Of a DNA stretch of 32,000 bases, positions 15,749 through 25,496 are shown one piece after another. The DNA lies in the NCBI RefSeq assembly GCF_004376175.1, contig NZ_SNUY01000037.1, positions 1 to 32,000 of the forward strand, given 5' to 3'. The stretch's first letter is position 1, and each line of letters begins with the position of its first letter. The position numbers and the translations under genes were made by a program. The notes beneath the pieces are model-generated. The model was not told the origin of the DNA and did no database searches. It saw only the letters and a list, made by a program, of their open reading frames with translations. This stretch comes from Halalkalibacterium halodurans. GTDB lineage: Bacteria > Bacillota > Bacilli > Bacillales > Bacillaceae_D.

Positions 15749-16354
15749 ATGATCAATCAAAAGATGGTTCAATTCGCCCATGCGGTTTATTTTTTCACCG
15801 TGTTAAATCTCCTCTGGTTGCTAGGTTCTTTGCTAGGTTTAGGGGTTTTCGGTGTCATGCCCGCAACGGTCGCCTTGTTTTCTGTCATTCGTGCAAAGTT
15901 GAGGGGAGATCAAGAACTTCAGCTCGTGCCTGCCTTTTTCGACGCTTACAAAACGGCGTTTGTTCGCTCGAATGTCCTCGGACTTTTCTTTGGATTAGGC
16001 TTTTATGTCCTTTATGTGAATGCAGCATTTGCGACTTATTTTTATGAGAAGGATGTTCAATTTTTTATTTACCTCGTCGTGTTTTTCTTTGCGGCTATTA
16101 TGACTTTAGCCTTCATCAATTTATTTTCGATCATGGCTCATTTTGAGATGAAGACCATCCAATATGTGAAAGCAGCAATTGGTCTTGTGTTTATTCATCC
16201 ACTAAAAACGGTGATGCAATTCATTTGGCTCGTCGCCTATGTTTTGCTTGCCATCTTTTTACCGAAAGTATTTCTTGTCGTAGGAGTGAGTGTGATTTCC
16301 TATGTGTGGATGAGTCAAAATCTCACGACATTTACAAAGAAATATGCTAGTTAA
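15749..16354 (+). CDS. YesL-like DUF624 integral membrane protein
   Basis: 201 aa, multi-TM. The N-terminus FAHAVYFFTVLNLLWLLGSLLGLGVFGVMPATVALFSVIR is typical of DUF624 proteins found in sugar ABC operons. Confidence 0.7.
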   Translation: MINQKMVQFAHAVYFFTVLNLLWLLGSLLGLGVFGVMPATVALFSVIRAKLRGDQELQLVPAFFDAYKTAFVRSNVLGLFFGLGFYVLYVNAAFATYFYEKDVQFFIYLVVFFFAAIMTLAFINLFSIMAHFEMKTIQYVKAAIGLVFIHPLKTVMQFIWLVAYVLLAIFLPKVFLVVGVSVISYVWMSQNLTTFTKKYAS

Positions 16355-16390
16355 GGACAGTATATTGGTCGTGAGTGCCTTACTTTATGA

Positions 16391-16419
16391 TTGACACATA
16401 TAGAGACGTGAAATAGAAT
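16391..16419 (+). promoter_or_regulatory. Sigma-A-type promoter of the LacI-family regulator gene
   Basis: Consensus TTGACA (16391-16396), 17 nt, then TAGAAT (16414-16419). Confidence 0.55.
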
Positions 16420-16424
16420 GGGTT

Positions 16425-16438
16425 CGAAAGGGTTTTCG
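16425..16438. promoter_or_regulatory. Operator-like palindrome CGAAAGGGTTTTCG overlapping the predicted transcription start of the LacI gene (possible autoregulation)
   Basis: Same CGAAA-N4-TTTCG architecture as the other four sites. It starts 6 nt after the -10 box. Confidence 0.4.
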
Positions 16439-16456
16439 CACAAAAGGAGATCAAAC

Positions 16457-17464
16457 ATGGCGACCATTTATGATATAGCAAAAAAGACCGGTTATTCCAT
16501 CACGACTGTCTCAAAAGTGTTGAACAATTATACAGATGTTAGTGACAAAGCAAGAAAAAAAGTAATGGATGCGGTTACAGAAATGGGGTATTTTCCGAGC
16601 TCTAGCGCGCGCATGCTAACGACGAAAAAATCGTGGACGATCGGTGTCGTATTCGTAGAGAAGGCAGGAGTGGGGATGGAGCATCCTTTCTTTAGCTCGG
16701 TGATCGAAAATTTTAAGAAAAATGTCGAACGCTTCGGATATGATTTGTTATTTGCGTCCAATCAAATTGGTAATGAAGCGAAGACCTATTTAGAGCATTT
16801 CCGCTATCGCGGGGTGGACGGGATTGTTGTTGTTTGCTCTTTATTAAATGATCCTGAAGTCGAAAAACTGATGAAAGCAGACATTCCGTCCGTTGTCATT
16901 GACTTAGATAGTAAAGGCTCTAGTGCCGTTTATAGTGATAATGAGTATGGAAGCGAACTAGCAGTGGATTACTTGGTTAGCTTAGGCCATCGATCAATCG
17001 CTCACATCTCCGGTGATCAAGGGCTTTTCGTTGGCGTCCAACGGTTAAAAGGATTTAAAGATGCGATTCAAAAACTTAACCTCTCCATTTCTGATGAGTT
17101 TATTGTTGATGGTGGCTTTTTTACTTATGAAGGAGGACAGCGAGCGATGGAGGCCCTTCTTCGTAACCGTGTGCGACCAACCGCTGTTTACGCAGCAGGA
17201 GATTTAATGGCTTTAGGAGCGATTGACACGATCCGAAAGCACGGTCTTAGCGTCCCTGAAGATTTTTCTATTGTCGGTTTTGACGATATTCAGATGATCC
17301 GGTATACGGCTCCTGCTTTGACGACGATTCGTCAAAATACAGATCTGATCGGGAAAACGGCGGCAAATCTTTTGTTGGATCAAATTAATGAAAATGAAAA
17401 ACAAAGCCTTTCTGTGAAAATTCCCGTCACCCTCATCGAGAGGGATTCATGTCGAAAGATTTAA
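16457..17464 (+). CDS. LacI/GalR-family transcriptional regulator
   Basis: ATG 16457 behind AAAGGAG. N-terminal HTH MATIYDIAKKTGYSITTVSKVLNN followed by a periplasmic-binding-protein-like sugar domain. Confidence 0.92.
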   Translation: MATIYDIAKKTGYSITTVSKVLNNYTDVSDKARKKVMDAVTEMGYFPSSSARMLTTKKSWTIGVVFVEKAGVGMEHPFFSSVIENFKKNVERFGYDLLFASNQIGNEAKTYLEHFRYRGVDGIVVVCSLLNDPEVEKLMKADIPSVVIDLDSKGSSAVYSDNEYGSELAVDYLVSLGHRSIAHISGDQGLFVGVQRLKGFKDAIQKLNLSISDEFIVDGGFFTYEGGQRAMEALLRNRVRPTAVYAAGDLMALGAIDTIRKHGLSVPEDFSIVGFDDIQMIRYTAPALTTIRQNTDLIGKTAANLLLDQINENEKQSLSVKIPVTLIERDSCRKI

Positions 17465-17487
17465 GTAGCATACTATTGTTTTATGGA

Positions 17488-17522
17488 GTGAGCATCCACT
17501 AGGGTGGTCACTTTTCTTTTTT
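17488..17522 (+). terminator. Probable rho-independent terminator
   Basis: GTGA(gcat)CCAC tagg GTGG TCAC interrupted stem followed by TTTTCTTTTTT. Confidence 0.45.
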
Positions 17523-17579
17523 GCGCTGTAAGAACATACAGGCATGGAGCATGTAGCAAGCAGGAGTTTTTAACCATCC

Positions 17580-17616
17580 CCTTCTCTATGGAATTCGCCT
17601 TTTTTCATAGAGAAGG
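17580..17616. repeat. Perfect 11-bp inverted repeat CCTTCTCTATG-N15-CATAGAGAAGG upstream of aprX
   Basis: Arms at 17580-17590 and 17606-17616 are exact reverse complements. No flanking T-tract on either strand. Confidence 0.6.
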
Positions 17617-17687
17617 AACAAACATCTTTACGCTTGTCTCCCTCCAATCATAGATTGTTAAAACCACGGATGATAGGAGGAATTAAG

Positions 17688-19021
17688 ATGTTTGGATATT
17701 CCATGGTACAGACTGTCCGCTCCAATGCTCATAAATTAGATAAACCGTTGAGAGAACAAATGCTGAGCATGTATAAACCATTTAAATGGACACCATGCTT
17801 CTTTCACAGCGTTTTTGAAAAAATGTTGCTGAAACGTAAAACCTATTCGGTGATTGTTGAATTGAATCAAGGGTGTTTTGATCAAGGCTCCATGACGGTG
17901 GAGCATGTGTTGAAAAAGCATCAAAAGTGTCAGCTTCGCCATTCATTCTCGAAAATCCGCTGTGTTAGCGCCAACGTCACGCCAGAGTCATTGCAAGAGA
18001 TGCTCGTGTGCAAAGATATTCGAAAAATCTATTTAAATCGAGAGGTTCATGCACTGCTTGATACAGCAGTTGAATCTGCTCAAGCATTTGAAGTGATTCG
18101 CAACGGGGAAACGTTAACTGGAAAAGACGTGACGATTGCTGTCATCGATACAGGAATCTATCCCCATGAAGACTTAGAAGGTAGAATTAAAGCTTTTGTT
18201 GATTTTGTCAACCAACGGGAAGAGCCATACGATGACAATGGTCACGGAACTCATTGCGCTGGAGACGTAGCAGGTAACGGAGCAAGCTCTGATGGTCAGT
18301 ATCGCGGCCCAGCCCCAGAAGCTAATGTCATTGGTGTAAAAGTTTTAAATAAGCAAGGAATGGGATCTCTTGAATCGATTATGCAAGGAGTGGAGTGGTG
18401 TATTCAATATAACGAAGAACACCCAGACGATCCGATTCATATCATCAGCATGTCTCTAGGTGGCAAGCTCTTCCGTACGAAAACGAGCAGGAAGATCCGA
18501 TGGTTCGCATTGTGGAAGAGGCGTGGAACGCTGGGATTACTGTATGTGTCGCTGCTGGAAATAGCGGTCCAGATGCACAGACGATCGCCAGTCCTGGAGT
18601 GAGTGAAAAGGTGATCACAGTCGGTGCCCTTGATGACCGAGATACAACCGATCGAGAGGATGATGATGTTGCCCCATTTTCAAGTAGAGGCCCTACGATT
18701 TACGGTAAACCTAAGCCGGACATTCTCGCGCCAGGTGTGAACATCGTATCGCTTCGGTCACCAAATTCATTTTATGACAAAATTCAAAAAGGAAGTCGTG
18801 TCGGCTCCCACTATACGATGATGTCAGGTACATCGATGGCGACACCCGTTTGTGCAGGAGTTGTGGCACTTATGCTTCAACATGAGCCAAACTTAACACC
18901 TGATGAAGTGAAAACGAGGCTAATGGAAGGTACGGATCGTTGGGCGGATAGGGATCCAAACGTATACGGAGCAGGATATATTTCAGCAGAGGGTGCGATT
19001 CCGAACAGCGAAGAAGAATAG
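17688..19021 (+). pseudogene. aprX: Intracellular subtilisin-family (S8) serine protease AprX, with a 1-nt frameshift
   Basis: ATG 17688 behind TAGGAGG. The N-terminus MFGYSMVQTVRSNAHKLDKPLREQMLSMYKPFKWTPCFFH matches my recollection of B. subtilis AprX. Catalytic triad motifs VIDTGI, HGTHCAG and SGTSMATP. Frame 0 ends usefully at ..HIISMSLGG (GGT 18459-18461). The conserved continuation QALPYENEQEDPMVRIVEEAWNAGITVCVAAGNSGP starts at CAA 18464 in another frame, leaving 2 orphan nt. The total length of 1334 nt is not a multiple of 3. Confidence 0.85.
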
Positions 19022-19137
19022 AGAGTAAAAAAGATCTTAAAAATGGCAAACATTCATCTAAAAATAAGCACCGATTATCCCTTCCAGATCGATTACAATA
19101 TTTTTAAAAGTCAGCGATAGAACGGAAGGGGAAAATC

Positions 19138-20052
19138 GTGAAACATTCACTGTCGATCATTTTTATATTAATAGCCGCTATGATGTGGGGGACAACCGGT
19201 ACGGCTCAAGTATTTGCTCCGGCTGAGGCCCATCCGATTATCATTGGAGCAAGTCGACTTGCTGTCGGGGGACTGGCGTTATTTATATTCGTGATGGCCC
19301 AGAGAAAATTCCAGCTTCGAGGATGGCCAGTCCTCCCTACTTTTATCGCAGCTCTTAGCATGGCTGCGTATCAGCCCTTTTTCTTTTCAGCCGTGTCGAT
19401 CACCGGTGTTGCCGTTGGAACAGTGGTGGCAATTGGGAGCGCGCCGATCATTGCCGGGTTACTCGATTGGGTAATCCAGCGCAAACCTCCTGGTCCGACA
19501 TGGGGAATCGCCACCATTTTAGCAATCGCCGGCTGTCTTCTATTGACACTGCCAGGCGAAGAGGTGACAGTCTCACCGGTAGGATTCTTACTAGCCATCG
19601 GGGCTGGATTGTCCTTTGCTGTTTATACGGCTGCAAGTAAGAAGCTTCTTCAACAGCAACCGTCTGAAGCGGTAGTCGCTGTTGTCTTTTCCTTAAGCGC
19701 ACTCTTTTTAGTGCCACTCTTTTTTCTCTACGATTTATCTTGGCTCACAGAGTTTCGCGGAATTATCGTTGTGCTTCATCTCGGAATCGTCGCTACAGCG
19801 ATCGCTTATTTACTCTTTACCCGCGGGTTGACAGGCGTTGCATCATCAACTGCCGTTACTCTCGCATTAGCAGAACCACTCACTGCAGCTTTACTTGGTG
19901 TATTTCTTGTCGGTGAAGCTTTATCCTTTATCGCGTGGGGAGGAGTATTACTGCTGTTACTCGGATTAGCTGTTTTAACCGGTTTTACTGGGGCTAAGAC
20001 TCCTTCTACACGATTTTTGAGAAACAAGAAAGACAAAGTAAACGTTGAATGA
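19138..20052 (+). CDS. EamA/DMT-superfamily transporter (10 TM)
   Basis: GTG start behind GGAAGGGG. 304 aa, highly hydrophobic, with two EamA-like halves. Confidence 0.8.
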   Translation: MKHSLSIIFILIAAMMWGTTGTAQVFAPAEAHPIIIGASRLAVGGLALFIFVMAQRKFQLRGWPVLPTFIAALSMAAYQPFFFSAVSITGVAVGTVVAIGSAPIIAGLLDWVIQRKPPGPTWGIATILAIAGCLLLTLPGEEVTVSPVGFLLAIGAGLSFAVYTAASKKLLQQQPSEAVVAVVFSLSALFLVPLFFLYDLSWLTEFRGIIVVLHLGIVATAIAYLLFTRGLTGVASSTAVTLALAEPLTAALLGVFLVGEALSFIAWGGVLLLLLGLAVLTGFTGAKTPSTRFLRNKKDKVNVE

Positions 20053-20124
20053 AGAACAGAGTAAGAACATCAACGTTTGTGTCAAAAGCATTGTGTTGGC
20101 CTCAAATCCATTATGTTCTATAAC

Positions 20125-20155
20125 CACAATGAAGGGTCCTTCACTGTGTTTTTTT
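20125..20155 (+). terminator. Rho-independent terminator
   Basis: CACAATGAAGG / CCTTCACTGTG (one mismatch) followed by T7 (20149-20155). Confidence 0.7.
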
Positions 20156-20323
20156 ACAGTTCGTGAATGCAATTAATCAAAATACTGAATGGGAATGTCG
20201 ACAAAAAATATGAAAGCCCTTACAAAGAAAAAAAGGAATTGATCACCGGCTGTCGTATTTGTCAATAGCCGCAAGATCTAACGCGATTTTCTGTCATTTA
20301 TTTTTTGGAAGGGGCTGACGAAT

Positions 20324-21940
20324 ATGATGAACTCACCACTTTTACTCTCTCATTTTATTGAACGAGCAGAACGTTATTTTCCTACAAAACAAGTCATTAG
20401 CCGAACGCTTAACGGAAAAAAGAGCTTAACGTATCAGCAAATTGGGGAACGAACGAGAAGATTGGCATCGGCTCTGGCCCAATTTGGCATTAAGAAAGGA
20501 GATCGAATAGGGACCTTTGCATGGAACACACATCGACATTTGGAGGCGTATTTCGCCATACCAGGGATTGGCGCCGTGCTCCATACGATTAATTTACGTC
20601 TCTCTCAAGATCATATTGCCTATGTGATCAACCATGCCGAAGACCGGGTGCTTTTCGTCGATGCAGATGTTTGGCCGCTCATTGCCCAGCTCCGTGATCA
20701 ACTCTCGTCAGTTGAAGCGTTTGTTTTGATGTCTGATGGTGAGCTTCCGGAAGTCGATTGGCCGAATGTTTTCTCGTATGAAGAGTTCATCGCGAAAGGG
20801 GACCCTTCCTTCGAGTTTGTTCAGTCGATCGATGAGACATCTCCGGCAGGAATTTGCTACACCTCAGCTACAACTGGAAAACCAAAAGGGGTTGTTTACA
20901 GCCATCGGGGAATTTATTTGCACAGCATGGCATTAGGACTTGCTGATACCGCAGGATTGTCAGAAAAAGACGTGCTCATGCCAGTCGTCCCTATGTTCCA
21001 TGTAAATGCGTGGGGTCTCCCTTTTGCTGCGACTTGGTTTGGCACAACACAGGTGATGCCAGGCCCTCAGTTTACGCCACAAGTGCTGGCAGAGCTAATC
21101 GATGAAGAAAAGGTAACACTTGCGGCAGGAGTGCCAACGATTTGGTTAGGTCTCCTGAGAGAGCTAGAGACGGGAGTTTATCAAACAGAGCATCTCCGTG
21201 CCATCTTATGCGGAGGGTCTGCCGCACCAGCAGCCATGATTCAAACCTTTGAGCAAAAGTACAACGTTCCATTTCTTCATGCTTATGGAATGACAGAAAC
21301 CAGTCCTCTTGTGACAGTTTCGATGGTAAAAAGCTATCAAGCTGATTTGAATGAAGAGGAAACGTTAGAATTACGGGCAAAGCAAGGGTTAGTTGTCCCA
21401 GGATTGGAGGTGAAGGTCGTTGGGCCTAATGGGGAGGTTAAACCTGATGGGGCGGAAATGGGCGAGCTTCTCATCCGTGGACCTTGGATTGCCGACCACT
21501 ATTATAAGGCAGAGGAGGCATCAGATGCTTTTGCCGATGGATGGCTCCATACAGGGGATGTGGCGACGATTGATGAAGAAGGATTCATTAAGCTTGTGGA
21601 TCGAACGAAGGATTTAATTAAGAGTGGGGGCGAATGGATTTCTTCTGTTGATTTAGAAAATGCGATCATGGCCCATAAGGATGTTTTTGAAGCAGCAGTC
21701 GTTAGCGTCCCTGATCCGAAATGGCAAGAACGCCCAGTTGCATGTGTCGTGCTAAAAGATCCAAATAAAGGGTCGGTAGCTGAAGCAGATATTCGTCGCT
21801 TTCTAGAAGGGAAGTTTCCATCTTGGTGGCTTCCAGACCGGGTGATCTTTATGGATGAGCTACCAAAAACATCGGTCGGGAAATTTTTGAAACGGGCTCT
21901 CCGTGAGCAAGTAAAAGAACAAATGGAAGCCAATAGGTAA
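20324..21940 (+). CDS. AMP-dependent acyl-CoA synthetase (fatty-acid--CoA ligase family)
   Basis: RBS GGAAGGGG. AMP-binding motif CYTSATTGKPKGVVYSH. Further motifs YGMTETSP and the C-terminal ELPKTSVGKFLKRALRE. Confidence 0.9.
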   Translation: MMNSPLLLSHFIERAERYFPTKQVISRTLNGKKSLTYQQIGERTRRLASALAQFGIKKGDRIGTFAWNTHRHLEAYFAIPGIGAVLHTINLRLSQDHIAYVINHAEDRVLFVDADVWPLIAQLRDQLSSVEAFVLMSDGELPEVDWPNVFSYEEFIAKGDPSFEFVQSIDETSPAGICYTSATTGKPKGVVYSHRGIYLHSMALGLADTAGLSEKDVLMPVVPMFHVNAWGLPFAATWFGTTQVMPGPQFTPQVLAELIDEEKVTLAAGVPTIWLGLLRELETGVYQTEHLRAILCGGSAAPAAMIQTFEQKYNVPFLHAYGMTETSPLVTVSMVKSYQADLNEEETLELRAKQGLVVPGLEVKVVGPNGEVKPDGAEMGELLIRGPWIADHYYKAEEASDAFADGWLHTGDVATIDEEGFIKLVDRTKDLIKSGGEWISSVDLENAIMAHKDVFEAAVVSVPDPKWQERPVACVVLKDPNKGSVAEADIRRFLEGKFPSWWLPDRVIFMDELPKTSVGKFLKRALREQVKEQMEANR

Positions 21941-22034
21941 CAATGCGTCCTAATGGGTCTATTTTCCTAAAAAGACAACAATGTCTTTCCCTTTTCGCTC
22001 AGTTTCTTTATAATGAAACTCGAACTTAATAGAA

Positions 22035-22134
22035 ATAACTAGGGGAGTCCAATGAGCTGGGCTGAGAAAAAAACGCGATGAAGTTTTTAAACCCTCGGGA
22101 CCTGATCTGGATCATACCAGCGTGGGGAAGTTAT
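22035..22134 (+). promoter_or_regulatory. TPP (THI-box) riboswitch aptamer
   Basis: P1 ATAACT/AGTTAT enclosing ..AGGGGAG..GCTGAGA..ACCCTCGGGACCTGATCTGGATCATACCAGCGTGGGGAAG. This contains the conserved CUGAGA and ACCUGAUCUGGAUaAUaCCAGCGuaGGGAA blocks. Confidence 0.9.
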
Positions 22135-22162
22135 CATGTTATACCACACGAATGTATTTTAT

Positions 22163-22206
22163 GCCAGGGTCCGTCTGAATGACGAAAACCCTGGCTTATT
22201 TTATTA
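22163..22206 (+). terminator. Riboswitch expression-platform terminator
   Basis: GCCAGGGT (22163-22170) pairs with ACCCTGGC (22188-22195), followed by TTATTTTATT. Confidence 0.7.
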
Positions 22207-22257
22207 AAAAAATACACTCCTATTCCCACCTTTTATGGATTCAGAATCTTGTCCTGA

Positions 22258-24072
<1,815 letters not shown>

Positions 24073-24084
24073 GGAGGGATCATC

Positions 24085-24252
24085 CTGGTTATTCAAGAGC
24101 TACGAAAAAAGCTGGAGCAATTAAAAGACGAAACAACTCGGATCGAAAAGGAGATCAAGCAGCATGAAATGAGCTGTGAGCACCATTTTCAAAAAGGCCC
24201 TACCTATCAAACGTGCGAAAAGTGTGGAAAAATAGAGCCCCTCTACTATTAA
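24085..24252 (+). CDS. Unlisted small ORF (about 55 aa): coiled-coil N-terminus plus a CxHH..CxxC zinc-ribbon-like C-terminus; non-canonical start
   Basis: AAGGAGGG (24071-24078) overlaps the thiC stop. CTG 24085 lies 7 nt downstream, with no ATG/GTG/TTG at a usable distance. It translates to LVIQELRKKLEQLKDETTRIEKEIKQHEMSCEHHFQKGPTYQTCEKCGKIEPLYY, with stop at 24250-24252. It is in the same frame as thiC and ends 5 nt before the IS end. Confidence 0.35.
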   Translation: MVIQELRKKLEQLKDETTRIEKEIKQHEMSCEHHFQKGPTYQTCEKCGKIEPLYY

Positions 24253-25041
24253 AGTGGAAGGGGCTGTCCCAAAAGCACCTTAAAACATAAAATCGGGAGA
24301 ACCGTTTGATGCGGTTCTCCCGATTTTTGTGTTGATTTGTGTTCTTTGGTTCCTTCGAGCGACGATCCACCGTCGCTCGTTTCCTTAGGTTGTGGGCAAG
24401 AGCCGCAAGCTCGAACTCGATGTGCACGCTTTCCTTACCACGAAGATGTAGCCTTCGGAAGCCGAGGTTTTGTTTAACATGACCAAATACGCTCTCCACA
24501 TCCGTTTTTCTTTTTTGGTAGAGCGTTCGGCCTTTTTCGCTTTTCAGTTTTTGATGTTGCTTCGCTTTCAGTTCCTCATACACCGGGTTGTAGTGTACCT
24601 GTCGATTTCCCCGGGCCTTCGTACACTCCGGCTTAAACGGACATCCTTCACATGATTCAGACTCATAGACTTTAAAATCCCGTGCATACCCATACGGATC
24701 GGTCCGCTTGGTGTATCGTTTAAAAGAGACTTTCCGCTGATTGGGCACCAGTACACATCGTCCGTCTCATCATACCTCCAGTTGTAGGGATGAAAGCGTT
24801 TCTTCTCAAAGGAACGTTTCTGTTCTTGGCGGAATGTATGGGAGGGAATGAGCGTCTCAAACGGTTCGTCTGCCATCGCCACGTCATTAGATTCACTCCC
24901 ATAGCCCGCATCGGCAATCAATGTCTTCGGAAGAGGAAGTCCAAGCACAAGTTGATTCATGGTATACGGCTGATAAGTAGCCGTTTGGTTACGCAAAAAA
25001 ATCGCCTTCTTTCGTTTGAATTTTGGTAGTGGTACCTTCAT
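24200..25041 (-). pseudogene. DDE transposase (IS1182-type), internally deleted and frameshifted
   Basis: ORF 25041-24568 runs from the family N-terminus (..YQPYTMNQLVLGLPLP) directly into the second-Asp region (LIADAGYGSE), so roughly 200 aa seem to be missing. ORF 24748-24200 continues in another frame after ..DDVYWCP with NQRKVSF..CEGCPFKPEC..YQKRKTDVESVFGHVKQNLGFRRLHLRG..AALAHNLRK. The frame stays open through the IS end as far as 24200. Confidence 0.7.
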
Positions 25042-25267
25042 TTTAAACGATGGGGCGATTTTTTTGTATGTTCTTTCGCGCGTTAGATAAGGGGAGTCGA
25101 ACGAGCGACAGGCGGCGACTCCTGCGGGAAAAGCAACAGCGGAAGATCGCCGAGAGTGGGGTTCTCGAGGAAGCTGGAGCGTTGCCCGCGGAAAGCGTCC
25201 GCCAAGTCGCGATTTAGAACAAATCAGAAAAGCTGCCTCAAAAGATAGACTTTTGAGACAGCTCCTT
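24258..25267 (-). mobile_element. IS1182-like (IS4/IS5 superfamily) insertion sequence remnant, about 1.0 kb, with intact terminal inverted repeats, an internal deletion and a frameshift
   Basis: Terminal inverted repeats: AAGGGGCTGTCCCAAAAG (24258-24275) against the reverse complement of 25250-25267, AAGGAGCTGTCTCAAAAG (16/18 identical). They enclose transposase fragments on the minus strand. No target-site duplication recognised. Confidence 0.7.
24289..24330. terminator. Strong bidirectional-type terminator hairpin inside the left end of the IS
   Basis: AAAATCGGGAGAACCG / CGGTTCTCCCGATTTT: perfect 16-bp stem, 7-nt loop, A-run before and T-run after. Confidence 0.7.
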
Positions 25268-25496
25268 TTTAACTAGTAGTGAAAAGGCTTTAATGATAGG
25301 ACTTCGCTTCAATTTATAGATATAACGGATTTTTATGAAGAGAACGGACATTCATTACTCGGTTTGTGTTTCGGTTGCTTTTTTAACATAGAGAGGCCTA
25401 TTCATCATGCATATTTTTCCCTAGATGGCAAAGGTTAAGTTTATAAAGATGACTTAGATTGCTTCAATGATACTTTAAATGGGGAGAGAGATCGCG

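Noticed and set aside
20164-20191. Two TGAATG half-sites upstream of the acyl-CoA ligase as possible FadR (YsiA) boxes
   Set aside because: Neither has the matching inverted half (TCATTCA). The resemblance is limited to 6 nt.
24240-25280. Target-site duplication flanking the IS remnant
   Set aside because: The flanks (..AAAGTGG | and | TTTAACTAG..) share no direct repeat of 3 nt or more at the predicted ends. Either the ends are slightly mis-set or the duplication was lost.
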